64,000 bases of DNA from Octopus sinensis (Eukaryota): contig NC_043003.1 in the NCBI RefSeq assembly GCF_006345805.1, forward strand, positions 18,662,001 to 18,726,000, read 5' to 3'. Numbering within the stretch: the first letter of the stretch is position 1; the number at the start of each line of letters is the position of its first letter. A program made the position numbers and the translations under genes. The notes under the pieces were generated by a model. The model did not search any database. It was not told where the DNA came from and worked only from the letters and a program-made list of their open reading frames with translations. Shown here piece after piece: positions 37,170 to 50,195 of this stretch.

Positions 37170-37660
37170 ACTCCTCATCCTTTCATTGTTTTAACACCCA
37201 CTTTTCCATCCTTGCATGAGTCAGACGGATGTTGTTGAGGTGGATTTTCTATGGCCAGACGCCCTTCCATTCAGTAGCCTTTAACTACTTCTAAGTAAGG
37301 TAGTATTGCTACATGACAAAACATAACTTCACGGAAGATTGGAAATGGAGGACACTGCTTGTATAAGAGTGGCACTTGTTTACACCTATTGTGCAAAGTC
37401 AAGCAAAGAGACCAGTAAAACCTCTTACTGAGGAAGGTTAAGGAATCAGAAATGCATCAAGGAGTCTAAGAGGGGATACCTATTTCTTTACTACCCACAA
37501 AACTTCTATCAGTTTCTGTCTACCTAATCCATTCACAAGGATTTGGTCATCCCAAGGATATAGTAGGAGACATTTGCCCAAGGTGCCATGCAGTGGGACT
37601 GAACCCAAGACCATATGGTTGGGAAGGAAACTTCTTACTACGCATCTATACCTGCACCTA
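37170..37660 (-). mobile_element. Composite SINE (family A head plus RTE-type tail), degenerate
   Basis: tttccatccttgcatg...gacgcccttcc tail; catttgcccaaggtgccatgcagtgggactgaaccc head. Confidence 0.68.
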
Positions 37661-40600
37661 TTTATGTATCTTATGGAATAATGAAGTCCACTTATTTAGT
37701 TAAGTCTCACATCTCTTTATAGACCTTTATAGACTAAAAACAAAGCATTTATACTATCTTACTCCATTACACACACTTGTAAGCTGTAAAATGCACTAAG
37801 ACATACGCAACACTAATGTTGCTCAGTTTTTTCTATTGCTATGAGTAAAACAACACAGGCTGTAGTAACAAATTGAACCATGCCAACATGGATGAATGGA
37901 TATAAAATGATGATACAACTGTCTTCCATACAGTATCCACTTAGCAAATTTTACTTGGAAGATACCATTATAGAAGATAACATAATGGAAGATACCTTGT
38001 TCAATATACTGCCTGCTGAGATCAAATGCTGTATCAAGTGATTGTGGAACACTCTCTAACCACACAACCATGTCTACTTAGTTATTCAGTATTCCATCCA
38101 ATATTTTTAATGTTTATAGAAGCAAGAATAAAATTACAACTCCTACACTACCTTTTACTTCCTTCTATTCTTAACAATCCTGCAAAACCAGGTACGCTGA
38201 GGGCGTTTACCCCATATCATATATCAAAGGTTTGTTGCTCTTTGGAAAACATCAAAAGAAAAGGAAGAGTTGCTTCACCTCACATCAGGAAGAAAGGGCC
38301 TTAATTGCACTGTACAAGATAATTTGGTAAAGCTCCAGGTTCCACCTACCACTAATTGAGAGAATGGGAAATGTTCTGACAGGGTACTCCATCGCAACAT
38401 GTACTGGCAAAACTCCAAGACTATGTCAGATCTCTTGCATTCTTTCTTAAGATTAACAACTTAGTTACTGCCAATCACATTCACACACCCCATGTCAATG
38501 AGATCATTCAAACAACTCTGTTATTTTAATCACAGAATCTCCTACCCGTGTGCCAGCTTAACTCCTGATAGATAACCTCCTGCACATCCTCTGTGAATGG
38601 GAACTTTTGCAACCAAGGATCCTCTTCAACAGTAACAAAATATAAACAACATACACCCACACACACATGTACATTGCTCCCAAAGAAAAAGTTGAGTAAC
38701 TTTAGGTCTGTTCAATCAGAGCCGAGTTGGAGATTGACAATATAAGATAGCCAGTCAAATGGCTACGGTATGCGTGACTCACAGAACTACTCTGCCAGAC
38801 AATACTTATGAGATGCAGTGTAAAAATATGTTGATGAAATATAAAGCCTCATTGCTTTCACCAAGATGAAAAAGCAGATAATTCATTCATTCATCTCAAT
38901 GCATTTGATATTAACAATATTAATCAAGAAATAAAAGCTTAAAATTTTTTTTAATGTGTTTAATATTAGTACTAGTTAAATACTATAGTAGGTATAACTA
39001 GCTACTTTACCAATTCCACTAAATTAAAGGTCCTGTGCTTACATTAGAGACCAGTTATACTCTAATAAAAGATTGGTTCATTACCTCTCTTTCACCAGGA
39101 ACAAAAAAAAAAAACCAGCCAAATGCTGCAACTAAATTTTAGGTTTCATGTATGAAAATATACTTTAGCACAGCTTGGGACACAGTTCCAACATTTTTAT
39201 ATTTTTAGAAAGAATTTTGGTATTTATTTAAAATCTTTAAGGTTTTAAGCATCAACAAGAAAAACGTCATATATTACAAAATTCCACTATACTAATTTAG
39301 ATTGAATAGATAAATGTAAATCTCTGGAATGGGTGGGTAGGAACTAAAATAAAACAACATGCTTTAGTTTTAGAGATTGACACATATTACTACTACTACT
39401 ACTGTTTCACAGAGAGTATGCAAATGAAATTCAAAGTATTTTATCAAATATCTTTCTCACAGCTGACTTTTTTTTTTTTTCAGAGTAAAGCAAAAAAAAA
39501 AAAATGTTTAGGAAAAGAACTATGAATGCACTGAAATTGAAAGATCAAAGTAAGGTGAAGCTTCTTCCTCTAAAAATCCATTAATAATGATGTGGAGTAG
39601 TTAAAATATTTTGAAATACAAATATTAAATGTTATACTATTATTTATATAATAGCCCATCTGTGGAATATCATTGAATGGTAAAAGACATTAGACTTATC
39701 CAAAGAGGTTTTGTTTTTTTTAACCTCATAGAAAATAAGAAAATCTAGAAAGACACCTTTGAAAAAAAAAACCAAAAAACATCTTTGAAAATAAAATACT
39801 ATTATCAAAAGTGTAAAGATAACTAAATAAAACAGTTGATGCTATCTATTAATATTAAAGCTTAATATTTTATAACAAATGAAAAGAATGCTACAAATAT
39901 ATTTGCATTTAAAGTCATTTTCCAGAAACTATGAATATATTAAATTTGCTGATAAATATTTTTAGCACCTAGGTGTATTATAAAACATGTGCAGAAATAA
40001 GATAAATTTTGAAGAAGCAGTCTCTGTAGACTGCAAGTAGAAGCAGAGCACATGTATTGATAAGATGTTAAATCTACAGCTTATGGATAGTAAACACACA
40101 ACCAGCGCAGGTGTTCTGCTGCATGTACGGACAGGAGAACATGTAATTAATAATAGGCATGAGCAACAGGAATAGGTACAAGATCTTATGGGAATAAATA
40201 CATTGTAAAAACAAGCATCCTAACCATAAACAGGGTCATCTCTCACCTGCTTAATGTTATACAGCATTTGAAACAAAGCACTGGCTTCTGAAGCTTGTGT
40301 GGCTTATGAAGACACCATGTTATGATGTACCGTTATTATCAAGTCATAATATATGCATGTTAGAAGAATATGTAACCAATGTAGTTACCTATGAACATAA
40401 ATAATACAGGAAATACATTATCAACCGTATCTTTACTGCAAAACTGCTGTTATCCTTTATCAGTTCAACTGGAAAGTCGAACTTTTTAAGGTCAAATTTT
40501 CAAATCTAACAGCCAGTATTCCATTAACTTGCCTTTACAGTGAATGTTATGCTACCACAAGCTGACAAATTTTTTAAAACTCGTTACACAACACAAGCAC

Positions 40601-41027
40601 ACAAACTAAGTAAACAATTTAATTTAAACAAGGAGAACTGAAATTAAATCTACTTCTCAGAAGAGTTATGATTTAATTAAGCACAGAGGATGTTGAGTGC
40701 TGTAAAACACATTCTAATGAATAATGGTTTCCATTCCTTAAATTACGATAAACATTTACATTACAATAACATCTTTAAAACGTAGCTAGGATATCAGGAA
40801 TGAAATTTAAAGGGTTAAACATCCACATACAAATCATCTCATACTCTCAGTGAAGTGCTGTTCTCCATTTTGGTGAAGGATATCAAGAAATGGTATGGTA
40901 CTAGAGATTCTAGCACAGGATAATTAATAAAATGCATGATCTGACACTAAATTCAATCTTAATTTACAATTGCAGATGTAACATTGCAGAAAGAAAGGAA
41001 GCCAAATTCATCATCATCATCATTTAA

Positions 41028-41250
41028 CTCTTTTGTTACTGTATTTATTTTGAGATGCTCTCTGTTTCTTTCAATTACTTGAAATATAAACAAAGAATTT
41101 AGTGAAATAACTTAGTTATCATTAAGCTAGTATTAGGAACATAAATTGTGACTAAGGTTTGGTGGAAGATTTTAATTCAGAATTTATGAAAAACAAGACA
41201 TTTGTACTACAGAGCCAGAAGTAGTTTCAGCTGGGCTAATATCAAAAGGG
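41028..41250 (+). mobile_element. piggyBac-type MITE, copy 1 (223 bp), TTAA-flanked
   Basis: TTAA at 41024-41027 and 41251-41254; ends ctcttttgttac / atcaaaaggg. Confidence 0.9.
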
Positions 41251-41281
41251 TTAAGAATTGTTTCTCTATTATATAGTTTAA

Positions 41282-41503
41282 CCATTTTGTTACCGTATTT
41301 ATTTTGAGATGCTCTCTGTTTCTTTCAATTACTTGAAATATAAACAAAGAATTTAGTGAAATAACTTAGTTATCATTCAGCTAGTGTTAGGAACATAAAT
41401 TGTGACTAAGGTTTGGGGGAAGATTTTAATTCAAAACTTATGGAAACAAGACATTTGTACTACAGAGCTTGAGTCGGTTTCAACCGGGTTGGTAACGAAA
41501 GGG
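41282..41503 (+). mobile_element. piggyBac-type MITE, copy 2 (222 bp), TTAA-flanked
   Basis: TTAA at 41278-41281 and 41504-41507; right end gtaacgaaaggg is identical to the TIR at 9221-9232. Confidence 0.92.
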
Positions 41504-41507
41504 TTAA

Positions 41508-41740
41508 TGACCATTTTCCATGCTGGCATAGGATGGATGGCTTGACAAGAGCTGGTAAACCAGAGGGTTATTCCAGGTTCCAGTTGTCTATTTTGGCATC
41601 TAGGTGGATGCTCTTCCCAAAGCCAATCACCTTACAGAGTGTACTGGATGTCTTTATTCTACATGGCACCTGCAAAGGTGCTAATTACATGGTGCCAGCA
41701 TCAGTTCTTTTATATGGTTTGGCAAAAGAGACAGGTTTTT
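41508..41740 (-). mobile_element. Family C retroposon whose tail (41008-41023) is split off by the double MITE
   Basis: catcatcatcatt|TTAA|tgaccattttccatgctggc reconstitutes the family C end. Confidence 0.78.
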
Positions 41741-41744
41741 GTTT

Positions 41745-42025
41745 TTGAGACTGCTACTTATTCTGCTGTGCTTTTCGGTCAAACAGCTAGGTTGCAAAGA
41801 TGTAAACAAACCAACACCAGTTGTCAGGCAGTGGGGAGGAGGTACAAACACAGACACACACACACACATATATATATACATACATACACAACAGGCTGCC
41901 ACATAGTTTCCATCAGCCAAATTCACACCCACAAGGCACTGGTCTGTAGAAGGCACCCAAAGTGCCACATTGAACCTGAAATCTCATGGTTCCAAAGCAA
42001 GCTTCTTAACCACACAGCCATTCCT
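41745..42025 (-). mobile_element. Family A SINE, degenerate
   Basis: gatgtaaacaaaccaacacc.gttgtca...gcaagcttcttaaccacacagcca. Confidence 0.75.
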
Positions 42026-43334
42026 ATTATGTGTGTGTGGGGTGTATAATGATTAGGTATCAGGGATTGTACATCTATTTCCACCTATTTGCCACACCCA
42101 TATAGCAAGAAGCAGGGGAAGATGTAAATTTAACATCCGCAGACAGGCGGCTGTTTTAGTAATTCACACAGGGGAAGAAAAAAAAATGCTTACAGAAGAT
42201 ATGCTAAAGGAGGAGTTATGTGTCATAAGATGGAATGAATCTATTGAAATTCTCCAGAATTTTGTTTTGTAATCTAATTTCCAGGTTTCATGAAAAACTG
42301 CTTTACATAAACACTTAAATACTATTATTTCCTCTTAGAACCCACATATTTTTATTAAATGTAAGAAAAAAAAAAGATGCAAAGTTAACAAAGGGACAAA
42401 GTTAAACAACTTAGAAGTAGAAAACACACACATACACAAACACGCACACACACATATTTGGAGGGGGGGGGGCGCATATTTACGCTCAGTGCAACAACTC
42501 AAGAACATAAATAGTACATATCTTATCAATCCCAGAGAGACCAAGTTAGCATGGAATGGATTCTGATGGAAAACAATGAAGTAATAAACGAGATACTGCA
42601 TATCTCTGGTACCAGACTTAACATTCCACAGGCTCAAGACAATCATTTCCAAAGATCTGATAACATTCCCATAATTCGACCCCGACATTTTCGCAATCCA
42701 ATGTGCCTTAATTCACACACCAATGCATATATATAACACAACAACAGCAACAAAAGACCAAAGCGCATTTTTTACAGTGTGCGTCCAATAAATACTGAAT
42801 CTCCAAAAAGGAAAACCAGTTACACAAAAATGCCCTGCCCTGCCCTGCCCCACCCTAACATCGCCAGAAACAAAAAAAAAAAAAACAGAAGCAAAAAAAC
42901 AAAAAAAAAGATGCTGCATAGAGAAATGGAAATAAAGCTCTGTGATGAGAGTCTGTGGTAAAAATGATGTAGCAATGTATACAAGGGAGTGGCTATGCAC
43001 AATTTAATTAGTAGACAATGTTATAACGACCAACGTATGTTGCACTGCAACAACATATATTTAGCAAGTGTGGTGGGGGTGGGGTGGGGGGTAGGGGGTG
43101 AGAGAAATAGCTGTAATAATTGCACTTATGGTCACAATGCCAATCAATAATGGGATAGACCGATAGCAGCAAGGGCAACGGTAGCCATGTTATATAGATA
43201 GCTATCAATCAGACTCGATGAACGCATACAAAGAATAGTGGTGTGATCGCGTGACTCTCTGCTTAGTAGTTTAGAGAATAAATACAAAGTTTATTATAAT
43301 AGTCCTTCTTGATATATTATTGTTATCATTATTT

Positions 43335-43552
43335 AGGCGGTGAGCTGGTAGAATTGTTAGCATGCCAGGCAAAATGCTTTGTGGTGTTTCAGTCATCACT
43401 ACGTTCTGAGTTCAAATTCCACTGAGGTTGACTTTGCCTTTCGTCCTTTTGGTGTCAATAAATTAAGTGCCAGTGAAACACTGGGGTCAATGTAATCGAC
43501 TAGTCCCCTCCCACCAAATATCAGGCCTTGTGCCTTTAGTAGAAAGGGAAAT
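43335..43552 (+). mobile_element. Family B SINE (subfamily ending gccttgtgcc...gtagaaagg)
   Basis: gtgagctggtagaattgttagcatgcc...gagttcaaattcc...actggggtcaatgtaatcgac. Confidence 0.87.
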
Positions 43553-43579
43553 AAAAAGGGAAACATATTCTATGAAATA

Positions 43580-43925
43580 GGTGCAGGTGTGGATGTGTGG
43601 TTTAGAAGCTTGCTTTGCATGCATTTGGTTTTGGGTTCAGTCCCACTCCATAGCACCTTTGGGCAAATGTTTTTTTTTTTACTATAGTGCCAGGCTGACC
43701 AATGCCTTGTGAGCAAATTTGGTAGGCAGAAACTGCATGGAAGCTTGTTGAGGGCATGCATGAGTGTGCGTCTTTGTTTGTTCCTTTCAACCACTTGACA
43801 ACCAATACTGGTTCATTTATGGCCCAGTAACTTAGCAGTTCAGCAAACAAGCCAGAATAAGTGCCAGGTTTAAAAGTACTTTGGTTGATTTGTTTAACTC
43901 AAATATTTTAAGGTGGTGCCCCAGT
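43580..43925 (+). mobile_element. Family A SINE
   Basis: ggtgcaggtgtggatgtgtgg...gggttcagtcccact...ggtggtgcccca. Confidence 0.8.
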
Positions 43926-44290
43926 GCCAGATTTGACAAAGTTTCAACAGTTGGATGCCCTTTGTAATGCTAACCACTTACAGGTGTGATGGGTGCTTTT
44001 TTTACATGCCACCAGCACAAGTGAGGTTGCAAAGAAACTTGTAAGACAGAAAAAACAAGCTCTCACTACTAAGTGGAGGGAGTATTCAAGAGGATACCAG
44101 GTGTTGAAAGGCAAAGTGTAATGTAGGGACACACATAGATGTCTTGCTATAGAGGAGATACAAGGCCAGTCCACATTGGGAGGAGTTGGGAAGGGAAAAA
44201 GGTAGTACTGATGGAGTGCCAAAGCAAACTCTCAGAGTACAGGAATGTGAACAGAGAGAGGGTGTGGATAGCAGCTCAGGGGAGGGTACT
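43925..44290 (-). mobile_element. Family C retroposon, long degenerate copy
   Basis: ggatgccctttgtaatgctaaccactttacag followed by the purine-rich body seen at 56200-56290. Confidence 0.6.
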
Positions 44291-45399
44291 TGAGTGTTAG
44301 GAAGTGATGGTTCGATGAATGGATGGATGGACAGACAAATGGATGGATAGAAAGAAGGATGAATAGATAGACAGATAAATACATACAGACATACATACAT
44401 ACATACAGACAGACATACATATATACAAACAAACAAACCCAAATAAAAGTACCTGTGTAAAGGGTATCAACATTTGTTCATAAATTAGTCATGTTAATAA
44501 TTTGTAGATGATGAATACTACAAACATTTGAAGACATTTTGAAAGATTTTACAAGAATTTTGATTGATTCAGTTTTAGCTTACATATTAGACTAGAACAA
44601 TAATGGAGAGAGAGAGTTGTGTTATCTCCAGAAACACCAAAATTGCATAGGGAATTCTTCTATAGAAATCCTCGTTCGTTAAGTACATCACTTCTGAATG
44701 CTGTCACAAGATGGTGTTTTGTTTGTTTGTTTGTTTTCTTGCAAACACTTTCACACCTTCATATTAGATGACAAGACACAAAACGTTCAACAGCCTTTTG
44801 ATACACAACCTAACAACTAAAAGACATTTTTCTTTTTCATTTTTAACAGATTTCAGGTTGTTCTTTTTTTTTTTTTTTTTTTTTGCTTGAAATTGTATTG
44901 CGACATTTGAATAAGAATTACAAAGAAAAACCACATTTATTAAATGCTTATTTTATGATTGTAAATTTAACGAGGTATTAAATGGGGAGTAGCTAGCTAT
45001 ATTTTCAAGCAAGTTGTATTGTAAACAAGTATAGCTTGTTTATTAAAATTTTCTATCAAACCTTCAGATCTTAGCTTGTCACCATTTAAAGTAACTACTG
45101 TACAGAAATTTCTGACAAGCCTGAATTTCCAAAGTTTAACACTCAATCTCAAAACTCTGTTTATATTGATGCATTCAACTTCTAGTCTAGAATGTATTAT
45201 GTTCTCTGTTGGTTTTGCCTGATGTTGTCTATTATATTGGAGTACTACTAGTTACAAAGTCGTAAATGTATGCTGAAAGACCTGAGATTGTGTATTGTGC
45301 CTAACCCTTGCAATGTTGTATTAGTGATTAAAACATAAATACAATGTAATACTGGTTTTCAATTTTATGACTATTCTCTAATTTTATATTACAAGGACT

Positions 45400-45680
45400 A
45401 TTGGACAAATGAATGAGTGTTACAACAAGTCTGTGAAAGACAACAACTCTTGAAACAAAAGCTCATCTATTAGGGTCATATTTGAAGAAGCAAACTTCTG
45501 GAAAACATTATCATAGAAGGAAGAGTAGGGGTGGTAGATCAAGAGGCAGGCAAAGAATTCAATGGATGGATAATATCACAAGCTGGTTGGTCAAGAGTGG
45601 CAAGGCAGCTGGAGAATTTGTGCTTAATCCATAAGACTTTTATAGTGTGTCATCAAAGCACTGCAGGAGTATGATGATGA
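45400..45680 (+). mobile_element. RTE/BovB-type LINE 3' remnant
   Basis: Frameshifted KLIY*GHI*RSKLLENIIIEGRV / GRSRGRQRIQWMDNITSW, typical of the RTE ORF C-terminus; ends in atgatgatga. Confidence 0.8.
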
Positions 45681-45703
45681 ATTATGTGTGTGTGTGTGTG
45701 TGT

Positions 45704-45770
45704 TCATCAGTCCTCAGTCAAACCGTCCAACCCATGCCAGCATGGAAAGTAGACATTAAACGATGATGAT
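45704..45770 (+). mobile_element. Family C 3' fragment
   Basis: ccgtccaacccatgccagcatggaaagtagacattaaacgatgatgat. Confidence 0.8.
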
Positions 45771-46246
45771 CATCATCATCATCTTGTGTGTGTGTAAGTA
45801 TATATACGCACATGATATAGTCAATTAAATTTTATTACTTTGTAATTACATACACAAACATAAAATTATAATAAAAGCGAAAATGAAAATAACAGTTACA
45901 GACGTTATAATATTGCTACAATAACTCTATAACATTGTAATGCTTAAGGCATGACATAATCTCAGATCAAACCATTTGCCAAACAACAGAAATTCAAGAA
46001 CTTTTAATATAAATAAGACTGGGTGTGTGAGGAGGATAATAACACAACATCTGTATTAGTTGCTGGGGGCACACTTTATTGATCGTGTGTGAGAGAGAGA
46101 GAGAGAGTGTTTGTGTGCATAGTCTCTTCTTTCTCAAATGAGTATGTCTACCTGATTTTAACTGAAGTTTTAATCTCTACAGTATGTCACATGTTCCACA
46201 GATTAGTTGTGAGCTGGTTAGCAAGCACTCCAGTCAGACTGCTTCT

Positions 46247-46478
46247 TAGGGTGGCGAGCTGGCAGAAACGTTAGCACGCTGGGTGAAATGCGTAGCCGTA
46301 TTTCATCTGCCGTTACATTCTGAGTTCAAATTCCGCCGAGGTCGACTTTGCCTTTCATCCTTTCGGGGTCGATAAATTAAGTACCAGTTACGCACTGGGG
46401 TCGATGTAATCGACTTAATCCGTTTGTCTGTCCTTGTTTATCCCCTCTATGTTTAGCCCCTTGTGGGTAATAAAGAAA
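46247..46478 (+). mobile_element. Family B SINE, full length, very young, 16-bp TSD
   Basis: TSD cagtcagactgcttct (46231-46246) / cagtcagagtgcttct (46479-46494); CpGs intact; A-box-like tggcagaaacg, B box gagttcaaattcc. Confidence 0.95.
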
Positions 46479-47179
46479 CAGTCAGAGTGCTTCTAATTTC
46501 CAACATAGAACGCAAGCATATCTTGACTGGAACCGTTTTCAACAAGAATTCATGCAAATTCAATAAACTATAAACTAGTTATGGACAAACTACAGCTCAT
46601 TTCTGGTACCCAACATAAAAAAGCCCACCTTTAATTTTTATAGTAGTTTGGCTCACCTGATGATGAACCATGTTTTAAGCACCTGCTTCTTGAAAAGGGT
46701 TTCCTCATAGCCTTCATTTTTAATGCAACTGATATTAAACATTATACCCATGCAAACACTAAATTAAAGCAAAAAAGAGCAACAACAAAAAACCCAGCAG
46801 ACCCTCTAACAAACCTAGAACCATATACCTATACATAACATACCAAACAACTGTGTTACTTTAGGTAGCAGTAGGGGTTAGTTGTTTATTTTTTATCTTT
46901 TATTTATCAAATCAATGATTACATGCATATAATCTATAAAAATTGATGCTAAAAATTTTATCCATTAATTCACATATTTTATATATTTACCTATTTTACA
47001 CATTGGACTGTAGATATGCTGGAGTACGGCATTCAAGAGTTTTAATTGATCATAGCAACAACCAGTACTTATTTCAGTCTAGTACTTATTTTATCAATCT
47101 CTGTTTGTTGAGTGGCTCAGATACAAAGAAACACATCTGAGTACATTGGTTTATATGGGGAGGGGGGTTGTAGTCTTGC

Positions 47180-47360
47180 AACCTGCTGGCAGCTTCACTA
47201 ATGCTGGTAGCACTAAAAAGCAACCAGTGCACATTGTAAAGTGGCTGACATTAGGAAGGGCATCCAGCTGTAGAAACCATATCAATGCTGACACTGGAAA
47301 ACATGGAGTCCTTGAACTCATTGGATCTTGTCAAAGTACCCAACCCATGCCAGCATGAAA
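47180..47360 (+). mobile_element. Family C retroposon
   Basis: attaggaagggcatccagctgtagaaacc...caacccatgccagcatgaaa. Confidence 0.78.
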
Positions 47361-48271
47361 TGTGCTGCAGAGTTTCCATCAACTAAAGTTCACACATGTG
47401 ATATCAATCAACCCAAGACACTTGCCCAAAGTGCTATGCAATTGGATGAAACCCAGAGTCATGTGGCTCAAAAGCAACTCTCTTAGCTAATGCAATTGAG
47501 CCTACACTTACGGGTTAAGTATAACTCAACAACTATATTAACAACACATAACAATTACACTTAGCCAGATTATCTACGTGCAGAAGGTTATTATTTGTTA
47601 TTCTCAAAAATTCAAATTTTTATATAACTAGAGTTTTAACTTCAGTAATGATTATGAAATTATCTCTTTGAAAAATCATAATTGTATGAATTTAATGTAG
47701 TTAAATGTTTCACAGAATCAAAGTTATATTCCCATTTAAAACATGAATTAAAAGAAAAAGAGAAAAAAAGAAAGAAAGAAATCAGATGCTCTCATAGAAT
47801 CAGAAATAAACCTTTGTGTATGATTTATTTCTTGGAGTAACATTTTAGAAAATTCATTTCTATACAAGAGTAATCACATCGAGACAGATATAAAAGATAT
47901 AAAAAAAAATAATAATAATGACTGCATTAGTTATAATCCATTAATGTAGAAATATTAGTTAATCATACTGTCTGATATGAATACTTAAAATGTTAATACA
48001 GCTGTTAAATTAGAATATTAAACCAGTTGATATCGCACAACTAAGCTTAGTGAATTCTGGAGACAGATATATCGATGAAGAATAGAAGCAGAAAGAAGAG
48101 AAGACTGCTCAGTTGCAACTATTCCAATATTGACACAAAACAAATGATATTCTGACGTGGGGGATTTTTCAGTTGATCTTTGTGAAAATTATGCACTTAG
48201 TTTAAACATATTAATCCTAGAGAATCATTGTGAGAATATTTCAAGTAATAAATATGTAACTGAAAAAAGTA

Positions 48272-48800
48272 CCATATTTTCCGGTCTATAAAACAGATTG
48301 GTATTTAAGCTGCAGGACCGAATTTGGGGGTAAATTTTGGTTTTATCTACACATGAAATGCACCAGTGTCTAAAAGACCTTTATAGCTACAGGTCTGCAG
48401 CTAGCTTTTTTGTTGTTGCCGTGTGTGTAGTTTCAAAATGCCTTATTTTACAACTATGATATGTATTGTTATTATTATGATTTTATCTTACTATAATCAA
48501 CAACAAACATATTCATCACTATTAAAGTCTTTATTAGATTAAAAATAACATTATCAAAACATGAAGGTAAAAAAACAAATATGCTTTTTCTTCTGGGCAC
48601 AACGTACTGTAGTCTTTCACGTTGTTAACCGACCGACCTTTCCTCTGAAAAATATCAGTGGAATCATTCGATCTCCATACACAAATTATTTTTCTCCTGA
48701 AACTTATAAAAAATACACACATTAGGTAGACCTTTCTATAAGCTGCACACTTAATTTCCTAGGTAAAAAAAAATAGCAGCTTATACACCAAAAAATATGG
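48272..48800. mobile_element. Non-autonomous pogo/Tc1-mariner element (529 bp), TA TSDs
   Basis: TA-ccatattttccggtctataa ... ttatacaccaaaaaatatgg-TA imperfect TIRs; internal tataagctgca motifs. Confidence 0.8.
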
Positions 48801-49894
48801 TATACAAAGTTTATTTATAAAACGATCTATATTTTTGTGTGTATAAAATCTATGAATGTTATTACAGCTTTTTTTGGAAATATGCAAATAATTGCTATAA
48901 AGGAATAATTTGAAATCAACGGAGCCAGAGAAAGAGAGACAGCATTCAGTTCACTGGTAGAATACATTGTACTGCAACCAACAACTTATTTTCAATTTTC
49001 CGTTACTATATTTTGCAAATTCAACATATGCAGACAAATGGCTGCTTGCATAATCCTCTCTGGATCAAATGCTTAAATTTAGATAGGCTAAGAACCAGAA
49101 TACAATTGTTATTCAAATAGAAAAACATTTAACAAATATTTAAACGTTGCCAATATATTACATAGAAGGATTAATAGAGTAGACAACCAAAGACAAAAAC
49201 AAAATCTTGATAGCAATTAGATCCAATAAAACTCCTTGCTCATAGAACTAAGTTATTTCTTTGAGGCTAGGATGCAACAAACAGATTATATCTGATGGTT
49301 GTTTATGAAAAGAATTTTTCCTCTCAATAAAAGTAAGAAATTCATACTGAAGTTTACTGCATTAATACTAAAAGGTAAACCTGCAAGAATTCAGAAATTG
49401 AAGACTGAATTGTCTACAACATGAATTCTCAACAAAATATTCTTTATATAAATGTTTATATAAAGAAATTGGCATATTCAGTCATTTGATATCTATTGAT
49501 TACTACATTGTGTCAGTAGTTGATAAGATAATTAAACAAACCTACAGGAAGATAAGGAACTTTATATTGCAAAATATAGATATATTCTGCAGTTTTCAGA
49601 ATATTTAGATTATCAAACTGATATGAAAGTAACAGAATAATTAACATGTGCACACTAGTGACATGAAATTTCATCCAAATATTATTATAAATTTAGTGTA
49701 GGATAATTAAAGTTCCAAGTGACGATCATCCAATGCTATAACCAATTGTTCTGTAATATATCGGTTATTACTAAGAGATAGAGACATGAAGATAGAATTT
49801 AGTTATTATTGCTCCAGATCAATCAGACATGATAGAACAGATCAAATAACTTTCATCTGTGGTCATCTCCAATCTTATTTTGGACACCACCAAA

Positions 49895-50040
49895 TGATCC
49901 TCCTGTGAAGGTATACATCAACCAGTCAACGGATCACACTGGATATCACTGACAAGAACTATTACAAACATTGGATAATAAAGATTAACTGAAGGATCAG
50001 GATCATGGAAATTCGAGCAAACACAACCTGATGGTGATGA
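49895..50040 (+). mobile_element. RTE LINE 3' remnant
   Basis: YINQSTDHTGYH*QELLQTLDNKD* resembles RTE C-termini (TYIDQL..DTG...EL...MDDR..W); ends gatggtgatga. Confidence 0.55.
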
Positions 50041-50044
50041 CAAT

Positions 50045-50195
50045 ATTCTGAATTCAAATTCCGCTAAGGTCGACTTTACCTTTCATCCTTTTGGGGGTCG
50101 ATAAATTAAGTACCAGTTGCATACTGGGGTCGATCTAATTGACTGATACCCCCCCCACAAGATTTCGGGCCTCGTGCCTAGAGTAGAAAAGAATA
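50045..50195 (+). mobile_element. Family B SINE, 5'-truncated
   Basis: ttcaaattccgctaaggtcgactttacctttcatcc...gtaccagttgcatactggggtcg. Confidence 0.85.

Noticed and set aside
38180-38620. Possible decayed LINE ORF fragment
   Set aside because: Composition suggests a TE, but I found no diagnostic motif to name it.
42335-42688. 117-aa ORF as a coding alternative first exon
   Set aside because: No credible phase-0 donor, and it runs into simple repeats. The block is kept only as a promoter candidate.
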